From Psychrobacter cryohalolentis K5 (lineage in GTDB: Bacteria; Pseudomonadota; Gammaproteobacteria; Pseudomonadales; Moraxellaceae), in contig NC_007969.1 of NCBI RefSeq assembly GCF_000013905.1, positions 1,290,001 to 1,322,000 on the forward strand: a stretch of 32,000 nucleotides of DNA, given 5' to 3'. Positions 10,033-17,670 of this stretch are shown here, one piece after another. The notes beneath the pieces were generated by a model. The model did no database searches. It saw only the letters and a program-made list of their open reading frames with translations, and was not told where the DNA came from. Within the stretch, counting starts at the first letter, position 1, and the number at the start of each line of letters is the position of its first letter. A program made the translations under genes and the position numbers.

Positions 10033-10920
10033 ATGGCTAACCCCTCAAAAAAAGCAATCGGTAAAGCAGTTCAAGACAAAAATATTATTATAACGGGGGC
10101 ATCAAGCGGTATTGGTGAGCGTACTGCTTTTTTGCTTAGTGAATGTGGTGCTCATGTCATTTTGTTGGCACGTACTGAAGAGAAGCTAAAAGCGGTTAAA
10201 GAAAGTATCGAAGAGCTTGGTGGTAAGGCAAGTTATTATCCTTGTGATTTGACCAATATGGATGCCATTGAAAAAGTTAGCAAGCAAATTTTGGCGGACT
10301 TTGGTCACGTTGATGTCTTGGTAAATAATGCCGGTCGCTCGATTCGACGCTCGGTTCACGAATCCACTGAACGTTTCCATGATTTTGAGCGTACCATGGA
10401 TATTAATTACTTTGGCGCAGTCAAAATCATTCTTGGGTTTTTGCCGACGATGATTGAACGTCAAACGGGTCAAATTGTTAATATTTCATCCATTGGCGTA
10501 TTGGCAAACAGTCCGCGTTTTGCCGCGTATGTCGCCTCAAAATCGGCCTTGGATGCCTTTAGCCGTTGTCTAGCTGCCGAAGTCAAAGGCGATAATGTGA
10601 CGATAACCAATATCTTTATGCCATTGGTACGCACGCCGATGATTGAGCCAACTAAGCTTTATCGTTATATGCCAGCGCTTATGCCAGATGAGGCCGCAAT
10701 GATGGTCGCCAAAGCGATTGTTCATAAACCAAACAGTATTGCCAGTAACATGGGCAAGTTTGCGTCGGCTACTTATTCATTAGCACCAGCGATTAACGTT
10801 GGTATTCAATCGATGGGTTATCGCATTTTCCCGAGCACTCGTGCCGCTCAGACCACAGATAAAAAACCAAACCTTGCTCAACGTGCCTTTGCCAGAATCT
10901 TACCGGGTGAGCATCACTAG
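10033..10920 (+). CDS. acr1: SDR-family fatty acyl-CoA reductase (aldehyde-forming), Acr1-like
   Basis: TGASSGIGERTA NAD(P)-binding motif and YVASKSAL catalytic motif. It is 295 aa, the same length as Acinetobacter Acr1. Blocks NNAGRSIRR, FHDFERTM, NISSIGVLAN, AYVASKSALDAFSRCLAAEV, MPLVRTPMI and the C-terminal PGEHH match my recollection of Acr1 closely. AAGGA SD. Confidence 0.85.
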   Translation: MANPSKKAIGKAVQDKNIIITGASSGIGERTAFLLSECGAHVILLARTEEKLKAVKESIEELGGKASYYPCDLTNMDAIEKVSKQILADFGHVDVLVNNAGRSIRRSVHESTERFHDFERTMDINYFGAVKIILGFLPTMIERQTGQIVNISSIGVLANSPRFAAYVASKSALDAFSRCLAAEVKGDNVTITNIFMPLVRTPMIEPTKLYRYMPALMPDEAAMMVAKAIVHKPNSIASNMGKFASATYSLAPAINVGIQSMGYRIFPSTRAAQTTDKKPNLAQRAFARILPGEHH

Positions 10921-10951
10921 AATAGTATTCTATTAGCGCTAACATAAAATC

Positions 10952-10978
10952 AAAAAGGATACTTCGGTATCCTTTTTT
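10952..10978 (+). terminator. Intrinsic terminator after acr1 (A-tract/T-tract flanked, potentially bidirectional)
   Basis: AAAAAGGATAC-TTCG-GTATCCTTTTTT, with a GNRA-like/UUCG-type tetraloop and a T6 tail. Confidence 0.85.
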
Positions 10979-11305
10979 AGTGCCTTAAAATATTAATAAA
11001 TAGGTAGGCGGTGGATTTCTATTTAACATAAGGCTCGTTATGGGAAGAAGGACGGTTTCCTAATGAGAACTTAAGCCTTTTGTTACAAGAGATATGTTGA
11101 TGAACTAACTCATTAAAAAAATGCAGATGTGCTCTTAAGCATATACGTAATGGAAATTAAGACATCCATCATGACTATCTTAATTCCTATTACTGTAAGC
11201 TTTATTCCTTGCTTCAATTCTTAGTATTTAGAAAATATTAGAGGGACTTGATATATTTAGTACCAACTTGGCATCAAGCGCTTACCAAGTTAGTACTATA
11301 TTGGT

Positions 11306-12310
11306 TTATATCTGCGCCTGCGGATTATTTTTAGCATAACGCCATGACATCAATGCAGTAATAACAAGCACTATTGCAATAAAGCTTAAAGAAGCTGCAA
11401 TTGGTACATGATAGACCTCAAGTAGAAGCATCTTTATACCAATAAAGGTCATGATTACACCTAGCCCATATGGTAAGTAGTGCATTGTGGCTGCTGCGCC
11501 GGCTAATAGAAAGAACATAGCACGTAGACCTAGAATAGCGAATAAGTTGGCGCTTAATACAATGAATGGATCAGTGGTAATAGCAAAAATAGCCGGAATA
11601 GAATCAACTGCAAAAATAACATCAGAGATTTCGACTAAAATCAACACTACCAACATAGGTGTCGCCCACAATAGACCGTTTTCACGCACTAAAAACTTTT
11701 CGCCTCGCATCGTGGGCGTAATGCGCATATGGCGACGCAGCCATTTTAATAGCTTCATTTCTTCAAGGTCGACAGGTTCGTCATGGCCACCTTTTAAAAA
11801 CTTATAGCCGGTATAAACCAAAAACGCACCAAATATATAAAGTATCCATGAAAACTCTTGAATGAGCCATGCGCCTGCAAGAATAAAAATAGTACGTAAA
11901 ACAATAGCGCCTATCACGCCATATAATAGGATACGACGCTGTAATGCAGGTGGAACAGCAAACGCGCCAAAAATCATGAGCCAGACAAACACGTTATCAA
12001 TCGCTAGTGATTTTTCGATTAAATAACCAGTCACAAACTCTAAAGTTTTTTGGTTAGCAACTGCTGTACCCAAATTTGCATTTAAATACCACCATAATCC
12101 GCCTGCGAATAAAGCAGATACACTGACCCAAGCGATACTCCATAGCGCAGCCAATTTAATAGATACAGGTTGGTGTTGATTTTTTACTACGTCTACGTTG
12201 GAACTCTCTGGGATATCTTTGTGTTTAAAGCCTAAAAAGTCGATCAGTAACATAACTGCGACTATTACAAAAAAAATGGCATATAGCCAAGGGGTGCCGA
12301 TGGTTTCCAC
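11306..12310 (-). CDS. TerC-family integral membrane protein (Alx/TerC type)
   Basis: Multi-TM protein with the LAIDNVFV and SDVIFAVDSIPAIFAIT repeats characteristic of TerC/Alx. The ORF track starts at TTG 12322. I prefer GTG 12310 because GAGGA sits 5 nt upstream (ttGAGGAacattGTG). Confidence 0.85.
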   Translation of the reverse strand: METIGTPWLYAIFFVIVAVMLLIDFLGFKHKDIPESSNVDVVKNQHQPVSIKLAALWSIAWVSVSALFAGGLWWYLNANLGTAVANQKTLEFVTGYLIEKSLAIDNVFVWLMIFGAFAVPPALQRRILLYGVIGAIVLRTIFILAGAWLIQEFSWILYIFGAFLVYTGYKFLKGGHDEPVDLEEMKLLKWLRRHMRITPTMRGEKFLVRENGLLWATPMLVVLILVEISDVIFAVDSIPAIFAITTDPFIVLSANLFAILGLRAMFFLLAGAAATMHYLPYGLGVIMTFIGIKMLLLEVYHVPIAASLSFIAIVLVITALMSWRYAKNNPQAQI

Positions 12311-12523
12311 AATGTTCCTCAAGTATAATAATAGGGGTCGCTATGATATTTAGCTGCAATTGATATGCCGTTATATCAGTGCCAAAGCCCTAAGAAGAAA
12401 ATCTAATATACAGATTTTATTTCTTTTCATCTACACCAATTTTAGTTTAGAAAAGCTAATGACATATTACTATTTGAACCTATTTAAATGGTAAATAAAT
12501 CACTAACAAGATAAGGTAAACCA

Positions 12524-13153
12524 ATGCATCAAATGAGTGAATGGGTGCTAGTTATTATGGCAAAGTTTGGCTATCTTGGCATTATATTTGCCATGTTTGC
12601 TGAAAATGTTTTTCCACCTATACCTTCTGAGCTAATTATGCCAGCAGCAGGTTTTGCGTCAGCTAAAGGTGATTTAAATATACTATTGGTCATAGCAGCA
12701 GGTACATTTGGCAGCGTTTTAGGCGCTCTACCTCTCTACTATCTAGGATCTTTATTCAATGAAGAGCGACTAGTGATTTTTACTAAAAGGTACGGCAAAT
12801 ACGTGTTTATTAAGCCTGAGGATATTTTATCGTCCAATGTTTGGTTTGATAAACATGGTAAAAAAGCGGTTTTTTTTGGTCGCATGGTGCCTGGTATTCG
12901 TTCACTAATTTCCATTCCTGCAGGGATGAATAAAATGTCGCTGGTTTCTTTTGTAATATTAACGGCTTTAGGGGCAAGTATTTGGACGACAATATTGACT
13001 CTTTCAGGATTTTACTTGGGTAAAAACTATGAGGTCATTGCAGCTATGCTAGCGCCTTACTCTAAGGTTTTCTTATTACTTGCCATAGTCATGATTGTTG
13101 TTTGGCTTATTAGACGTCGACTATCTGATCAGCATAATAGTAAAACTGTTTAA
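12524..13153 (+). CDS. DedA-family (SNARE-associated/VTT domain) inner membrane protein
   Basis: The FAENVFPPIPSELIMPAAGF and GRMVPGIRSLISIPAG motifs are diagnostic of DedA proteins. 209 aa. AAGG SD. Confidence 0.85.
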   Translation: MHQMSEWVLVIMAKFGYLGIIFAMFAENVFPPIPSELIMPAAGFASAKGDLNILLVIAAGTFGSVLGALPLYYLGSLFNEERLVIFTKRYGKYVFIKPEDILSSNVWFDKHGKKAVFFGRMVPGIRSLISIPAGMNKMSLVSFVILTALGASIWTTILTLSGFYLGKNYEVIAAMLAPYSKVFLLLAIVMIVVWLIRRRLSDQHNSKTV

Positions 13154-13315
13154 AACAAAATCGATTTATGGGGAAAATGACGGTTCTTTACTTTACCGAT
13201 AGATTCCTCAATATTTTATTTTATGTATACCCCAAGGGAACCAGTGTTTTCACCTTTCAAACCTATTAACAGACCACTTAAAACAGACCGCTATATTGGA
13301 ACCATTTAGAATAGG

Positions 13316-13780
13316 CTAGCCAAACACACGCCACATTATCCAAAATAACCCAGCCATAATGATAGCAATGATGAGTAGTCGCTTTGCCCAGTAGGGCAGT
13401 AGGGGTTTTTTATAGCCTAAATCATTGAGCTGACCGTCAACGCCTTCTTGTAGGCTTTGGAAGCTTTGCTCCGTTGGTGTGCTTTTTACTTTACTCTTAA
13501 TCAAGCGCTCAGTATCGTCCTCGGCTTGTTCTCTGTCGAAGCTCATGGCTTGACTAGGAATCCCTTGTTTATTAGCGATACTGTTTAATTTTTGTTGCTG
13601 CTGATTTTTGAGAGCAAGCTCGTATGCATCGATGCGAGATTTTGCAGCATCCATACTGATATTTTCGTCAGCGGCTAACGTCTTAATTGCCATGACCAGA
13701 TTGCCTTTTTCGACCATCATAACAACCGTTTTCGGTAATTTTACTTTGGCAGGTTTTGAGCCTGAATCAGAATCAAACAT
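13316..13780 (-). CDS. Hypothetical C-terminally membrane-anchored protein (154 aa)
   Basis: AGGA SD 5 nt upstream of the ATG. The hydrophilic N-terminal part (VMAIKTLAADENISMDAAKSRIDAYE) is reminiscent of an L7/L12 C-terminal-like helix pair. A Q-rich linker precedes a single C-terminal TM (LLIIAIIMAGLFWIMW). Confidence 0.6.
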   Translation of the reverse strand: MFDSDSGSKPAKVKLPKTVVMMVEKGNLVMAIKTLAADENISMDAAKSRIDAYELALKNQQQQKLNSIANKQGIPSQAMSFDREQAEDDTERLIKSKVKSTPTEQSFQSLQEGVDGQLNDLGYKKPLLPYWAKRLLIIAIIMAGLFWIMWRVFG

Positions 13781-13852
13781 GACTGTCCTTATTTGAACAT
13801 GATAATAAGTAGATTGGGGTATTATAACCTTGTTGTACAGTCAAAATTCAAG

Positions 13853-13888
13853 CAAAAAAATACCGCAGTTATCATCATATCTGCGGTA
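13853..13888 (-). terminator. Intrinsic terminator downstream of ppa
   Basis: TACCGCAG (13861-13868) pairs with CTGCGGTA (13881-13888). On the minus strand it is followed by TTTTTTT (complement of 13854-13860). Confidence 0.8.
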
Positions 13889-13915
13889 CTGTTATCAATT
13901 TTATTTCATTTTAAT

Positions 13916-14446
13916 TTATAGATCTTTCCAGCGTTGGATAGACTCTTTAATGACTTCTTTGGCTTCTTCTACGTCACCCCAAGATTCAACCACCGTTGTA
14001 CCTGCTTTTTTGAGGTCTTTATAGTGACTGAAATGGAATTCTAGCTGATTGATCAGCTGCTTTGGTAAGTCCGCTAGACTGTTATAAGCATTGCCTGTAT
14101 CACGGTCGTCAGCAGGTACGACAACTATTTTGTCATCGACTTCGCCATCATCAACGAACTTCATCACACCGATGACTTTCGCTTTTAAGAAAATACCAGT
14201 CGGTAAAGGCTGTTCTGTGATGATAAGCGCATCTAACTCGTCGCCATCTTCATCAAGAGTTTGTGGGATAAAACCATAGTTGCAAGGCTTGGCAAAAATC
14301 TGTGGGTCAACACGATCAAGCTCAAATACGGCCAACTCGCGATTCCACTCAATTTTATGGCTACTACCAGCTGGGATTTCTACTACGACATTAATAATGC
14401 CGCCCTCAACATCGCCTGCGTCCAAAATTTTGTTAAAATCTGCCAT
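13916..14446 (-). CDS. ppa: Inorganic pyrophosphatase (family I)
   Basis: VVEIPAGSSHKIEWNRE, YGFIPQTLDEDGDELD and VVPADD blocks are typical of soluble family I PPase. The ORF-track TTG at 14458 overlaps the SD. ATG 14446 has GGAG 7 nt upstream and gives a 176-aa protein of canonical length. Confidence 0.93.
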   Translation of the reverse strand: MADFNKILDAGDVEGGIINVVVEIPAGSSHKIEWNRELAVFELDRVDPQIFAKPCNYGFIPQTLDEDGDELDALIITEQPLPTGIFLKAKVIGVMKFVDDGEVDDKIVVVPADDRDTGNAYNSLADLPKQLINQLEFHFSHYKDLKKAGTTVVESWGDVEEAKEVIKESIQRWKDL

Positions 14447-14542
14447 AAAATACTCCAATTTGCTTTTGTTATGAATGTTTGAATCGTAAAGGGTTAAAGT
14501 CGGCGTATAAGGTTTGTTACTGCGCCCAATTTGTACCGTGTG

Positions 14543-14551
14543 CGATTATAA
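14543..14551 (-). promoter_or_regulatory. Candidate extended -10 promoter for ppa
   Basis: The minus strand reads tTGtTATAAT, a perfect TATAAT with the TGn extension, about 95 nt upstream of the ppa ATG. The best -35 candidate (TTGAGA) is 19 nt away, which is suboptimal. Confidence 0.4.
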
Positions 14552-14601
14552 CAAGTTTGAATCAAATTTTCTCAAAATGCTTAAGTCTAAGCGCGCACGA
14601 T

Positions 14602-14629
14602 ATTATGCAAAAAAGGATTATGCAAAAAA
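14602..14629. repeat. 13-bp direct repeat x2 (ATTATGCAAAAAA GG ATTATGCAAAAAA) just past the lipB stop
   Basis: Exact copies at 14602-14614 and 14617-14629. Confidence 0.9.
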
Positions 14630-14632
14630 TAC

Positions 14633-15490
14633 CTATTTTGGCGCTAATTCACGCAATGGGATGTCTCCTGCATGACGCTGGGCGATATTGTCGATGAGCT
14701 GTTGCGTAAATTGCTCGTAGGTAAGAGTTTTTTTGTCATCGGTAAGCGGTAGGTTATTTGGCTGTATATTGGTCGCTTGGTTCATATTAACAAAATCCGC
14801 CAAACGCAACATTTGCATGCCAGCATAACCACAAGGGTTGATAGCATTAAATGCTGATAAATCACAATCTAAATTAATGGCAATACCATGGTAGCTAAAG
14901 CCATGCTTGATTTTAAAGCCAAGCGACGCGATTTTGCCAATCATAATGGTATTATCAACTTCTATCTCATCACTAGTAGGAGCGCTGTCCGTTTCTGTAG
15001 CCATATCAGCATATAGATAGACACCTGGGGCATCACGGCGGGCACGGGCGCTGATATGGTTGGTGTCAGTTGATGCTGTGCTCTTGAGACAGTCATTGAC
15101 CACATCCTCAATCGCTTGCTCAGCGTGTGAGACCATATTGCGCACACTCCAGCTGATACTGTCCAAATCAAACAGCCAATACATAACCAGCTGACCATGT
15201 CCATGCCATGTTACCTGACCACCGCGATCCGTTTTGATGATAGGCGTATTAGTACGTTGCAGGATATGCTCTTCTTTACCTGCTTGCCCAAGGGTATAAA
15301 CGTCATTGTGATCGACAATCCATAACTCGTCAGGCGTACGCAGTCCTTGCTCTTTTTTAAGAGAGATACGCTCTAACGTGCGTGATAGCATGGCATCAAG
15401 AGTAGCCACATAGTCAGCAGCAGTGAGTGACTTTGTGATGAGATTTTCATTAAGTGGTCGCGTATGAAGCGCCTGCATAGTATTTGGCAT
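14633..15490 (-). CDS. lipB: Octanoyl-[ACP]:protein N-octanoyltransferase (lipoyl(octanoyl) transferase)
   Basis: RGGQVTWHGHGQLVMY, RRDAPGVY, KIASLGFKIKHGFSYHGIAINL and NPCGYAGM blocks (catalytic Cys and Lys context) match LipB. At 285 aa it is about 70 aa longer than E. coli LipB. Confidence 0.9.
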   Translation of the reverse strand: MPNTMQALHTRPLNENLITKSLTAADYVATLDAMLSRTLERISLKKEQGLRTPDELWIVDHNDVYTLGQAGKEEHILQRTNTPIIKTDRGGQVTWHGHGQLVMYWLFDLDSISWSVRNMVSHAEQAIEDVVNDCLKSTASTDTNHISARARRDAPGVYLYADMATETDSAPTSDEIEVDNTIMIGKIASLGFKIKHGFSYHGIAINLDCDLSAFNAINPCGYAGMQMLRLADFVNMNQATNIQPNNLPLTDDKKTLTYEQFTQQLIDNIAQRHAGDIPLRELAPK

Positions 15491-15925
15491 GAGAGTGGCT
15501 GTCTTATGTTTTTGTTATGTAAAATGGGCTATCTATTGTTAATATTACTGTCATTGAGTGTAGCAGTTTTCATATTGCCGCCCAAATTTTAATTTTAATT
15601 ATATTGAACTGGAAAAATATAAAAGAATAAAATAGCCACAAAAGGCCACCTTGTAGTGAGCAGATACGCATCGTATACAAACGCATGGGTGCATTAAAGA
15701 TGCTGTTCATTCAGGAATCAATGGGCTACATTAAATGGTACTAAACAAAAGTAATATCTAAGAAAATGATGTTTTAGCCTTATTCACTACTAGACTTTTT
15801 TGCATAGATAACGCTTTTATGAGGATAATAGAGTGATATCAGTGATTCTTAGTGTCTAATAATAGCTATAGAGTCTTAAATTTGACAAAACGTGCTGACT
15901 CTCACGTATACGACAAGGAAGATAT

Positions 15926-17398
15926 ATGACAGACAGCGATCAAAACAATCAGGTTCAAGCGATGCATCCTAAATACGATGAGCACGAAGGGCTTAGTATT
16001 ATCAAAACCGTAGCAGATATGCAGTCACAGTTTTCACGCATGCAAAATCTAAGCCGTACTCAGCCTATCAATGATTGGGCAACGCGTAGAGACCAACTCG
16101 ATAATCTAGAGCTAATGCTGAGTGACAATCAACAGCTACTTGCTAATGCTATCAGTGCTGATTTTGGCTATCGTAGTGAATCAGAAACTCAATTTGCCGA
16201 GCTGTTTCCGAGCTTTACGGGTATCAGTCATGCCAAAAAGCACGGTAAGAGGTGGATGAAGGCGCAGCGAGTATCGATTTCAGCACTATATATGCCAGCC
16301 CATAATGAGATTTTGCCACAGCCATTAGGTGTGGTTGGTATCATGGTACCTTGGAACTATCCTTTATTCTTGGCGATAGGACCGATGATTGACGCGATTA
16401 CCGCTGGTAACCGCATCATGGTTAAAATGAGTGAAGCGGCGCCGCAATTTGCGCAAACGTTTGCAGAAACCATTTCACGTTATTTTTCAGCAGATATGGT
16501 TTGTGTGGTCATCGGTGAAGTTGAGATTGCAGCGGCTTTTAGTGAGCTGCCTTTTGATCACCTGCTCTATACTGGCTCTACTGCTGTTGGTAAAAAGGTA
16601 ATGGCAGCGGCAGCACCCAATCTAACACCGGTCACGCTTGAGCTCGGTGGCAAGTCACCAGTCATAGTACTAGAGGGTGCTAACTTAGAAAATGCTGTCA
16701 ATCGCGTGATGATGGGTAAGACCTTAAATGCTGGTCAAACGTGTATCGCGCCTGACTATGTACTGATTCAGCGCCAACATCATGATGAATTTGTGCATCT
16801 GGCAAGAGAGTGGATGGAGAAACACTATCCCAATATTGAAAGCAATCCTGATTACTCGCGCATTATTAATGTTCAGCAGTTCAAGCGTGTTAAAGGCTAT
16901 TTAGAGAATTTATCCAGTGAAGGTGTATATAGACTCACTGATGCGACGTCTAATCTTGAAACGCGTCTCATGCCACCGGTTATTGTCAGCGAGCCTGCGC
17001 CTGAGAGTGATTTGATGCAAAACGAGATATTTGCACCCGTTTTACCGCTCATGCACTATGACACTCTTGATAATGCGATTGCATTTATTAACGCCCGTCC
17101 ACGACCGTTAGCGCTATATGTCTTCGGTGATAATAGCCGTGATATCGATAAAGTACGCACCAATACGGTATCGGGCGGACTATGTATCAACGAAGTGATT
17201 ATGCATGTAGCGCAGCATGACTTGCCGTTTGGCGGTGTTGGCGATTCAGGTACAGGCGCTTACCATGGTAAAGCTGGATTTGATCGTTTGAGCCATATGA
17301 AACCTATCTTTGTACAATCCAAATTGAATGGGCTAAATATATTGTTACCGCCCTATGGTGGATTATTTAAAAAGGCAATGGCACTGTTTTTGAAATAG
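15926..17398 (+). CDS. NAD(P)+-dependent aldehyde dehydrogenase, coniferyl/fatty aldehyde dehydrogenase-like subfamily
   Basis: ELGGKSP (catalytic Glu), NAGQTCIAPDY (catalytic Cys), EIFAPVLP and PFGGVGDSG motifs. AAGGAAG SD. Confidence 0.9.
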   Translation: MTDSDQNNQVQAMHPKYDEHEGLSIIKTVADMQSQFSRMQNLSRTQPINDWATRRDQLDNLELMLSDNQQLLANAISADFGYRSESETQFAELFPSFTGISHAKKHGKRWMKAQRVSISALYMPAHNEILPQPLGVVGIMVPWNYPLFLAIGPMIDAITAGNRIMVKMSEAAPQFAQTFAETISRYFSADMVCVVIGEVEIAAAFSELPFDHLLYTGSTAVGKKVMAAAAPNLTPVTLELGGKSPVIVLEGANLENAVNRVMMGKTLNAGQTCIAPDYVLIQRQHHDEFVHLAREWMEKHYPNIESNPDYSRIINVQQFKRVKGYLENLSSEGVYRLTDATSNLETRLMPPVIVSEPAPESDLMQNEIFAPVLPLMHYDTLDNAIAFINARPRPLALYVFGDNSRDIDKVRTNTVSGGLCINEVIMHVAQHDLPFGGVGDSGTGAYHGKAGFDRLSHMKPIFVQSKLNGLNILLPPYGGLFKKAMALFLK

Positions 17399-17456
17399 TA
17401 GTTTAAAATAGTTGCCTTATTGAATAGATAGTATTTATTCACATTTATCCATCAAT

Positions 17457-17488
17457 AGCATCTACTACGGTAGGTGCTATTTTTTTTG
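17457..17488 (+). terminator. Intrinsic terminator after the aldehyde dehydrogenase gene
   Basis: AGCATCTAC-TACG-GTAGGTGCT (one G-U pair) followed by ATTTTTTTT. Confidence 0.8.
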
Positions 17489-17632
17489 TCTAAAGAATCA
17501 TTTGTTATCAGTGTTATAAATCGCTACACTTTGTGGTAACACTAAACGATAGTTTTGTTTGTTTTAGATAAAAATCAGTAGTAGATGATAGGCTTATTAA
17601 TTGCTCAGGTAAGGCTAATGACAGCCGCTTTC

Positions 17633-17659
17633 ATAATAAAGATAATAAAGATAATAAAT
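17633..17659. repeat. 9-bp tandem repeat x3 (ATAATAAAG ATAATAAAG ATAATAAAT) immediately 5' of the SD of the ABC permease gene
   Basis: Read directly. AGGA (17660-17663) and the GTG start (17671) follow. Confidence 0.9.
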
Positions 17660-17670
17660 AGGATAACGCC

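Noticed and set aside
11150-11224. Small hydrophobic ORFs (this one and 15524-15592) as type I toxin genes
   Set aside because: They have no SD, no adjacent antisense-RNA-like promoter or terminator pair that I can see, and no repeat of the peptide elsewhere in the window. They are mentioned only as weak candidates inside the long-spacer findings.
12311-12523. yybP-ykoY Mn2+ riboswitch in the terC leader
   Set aside because: It is expected from family knowledge, but the conserved loop sequences are not visible on either strand by eye. This needs a covariance-model search before anything can be claimed.
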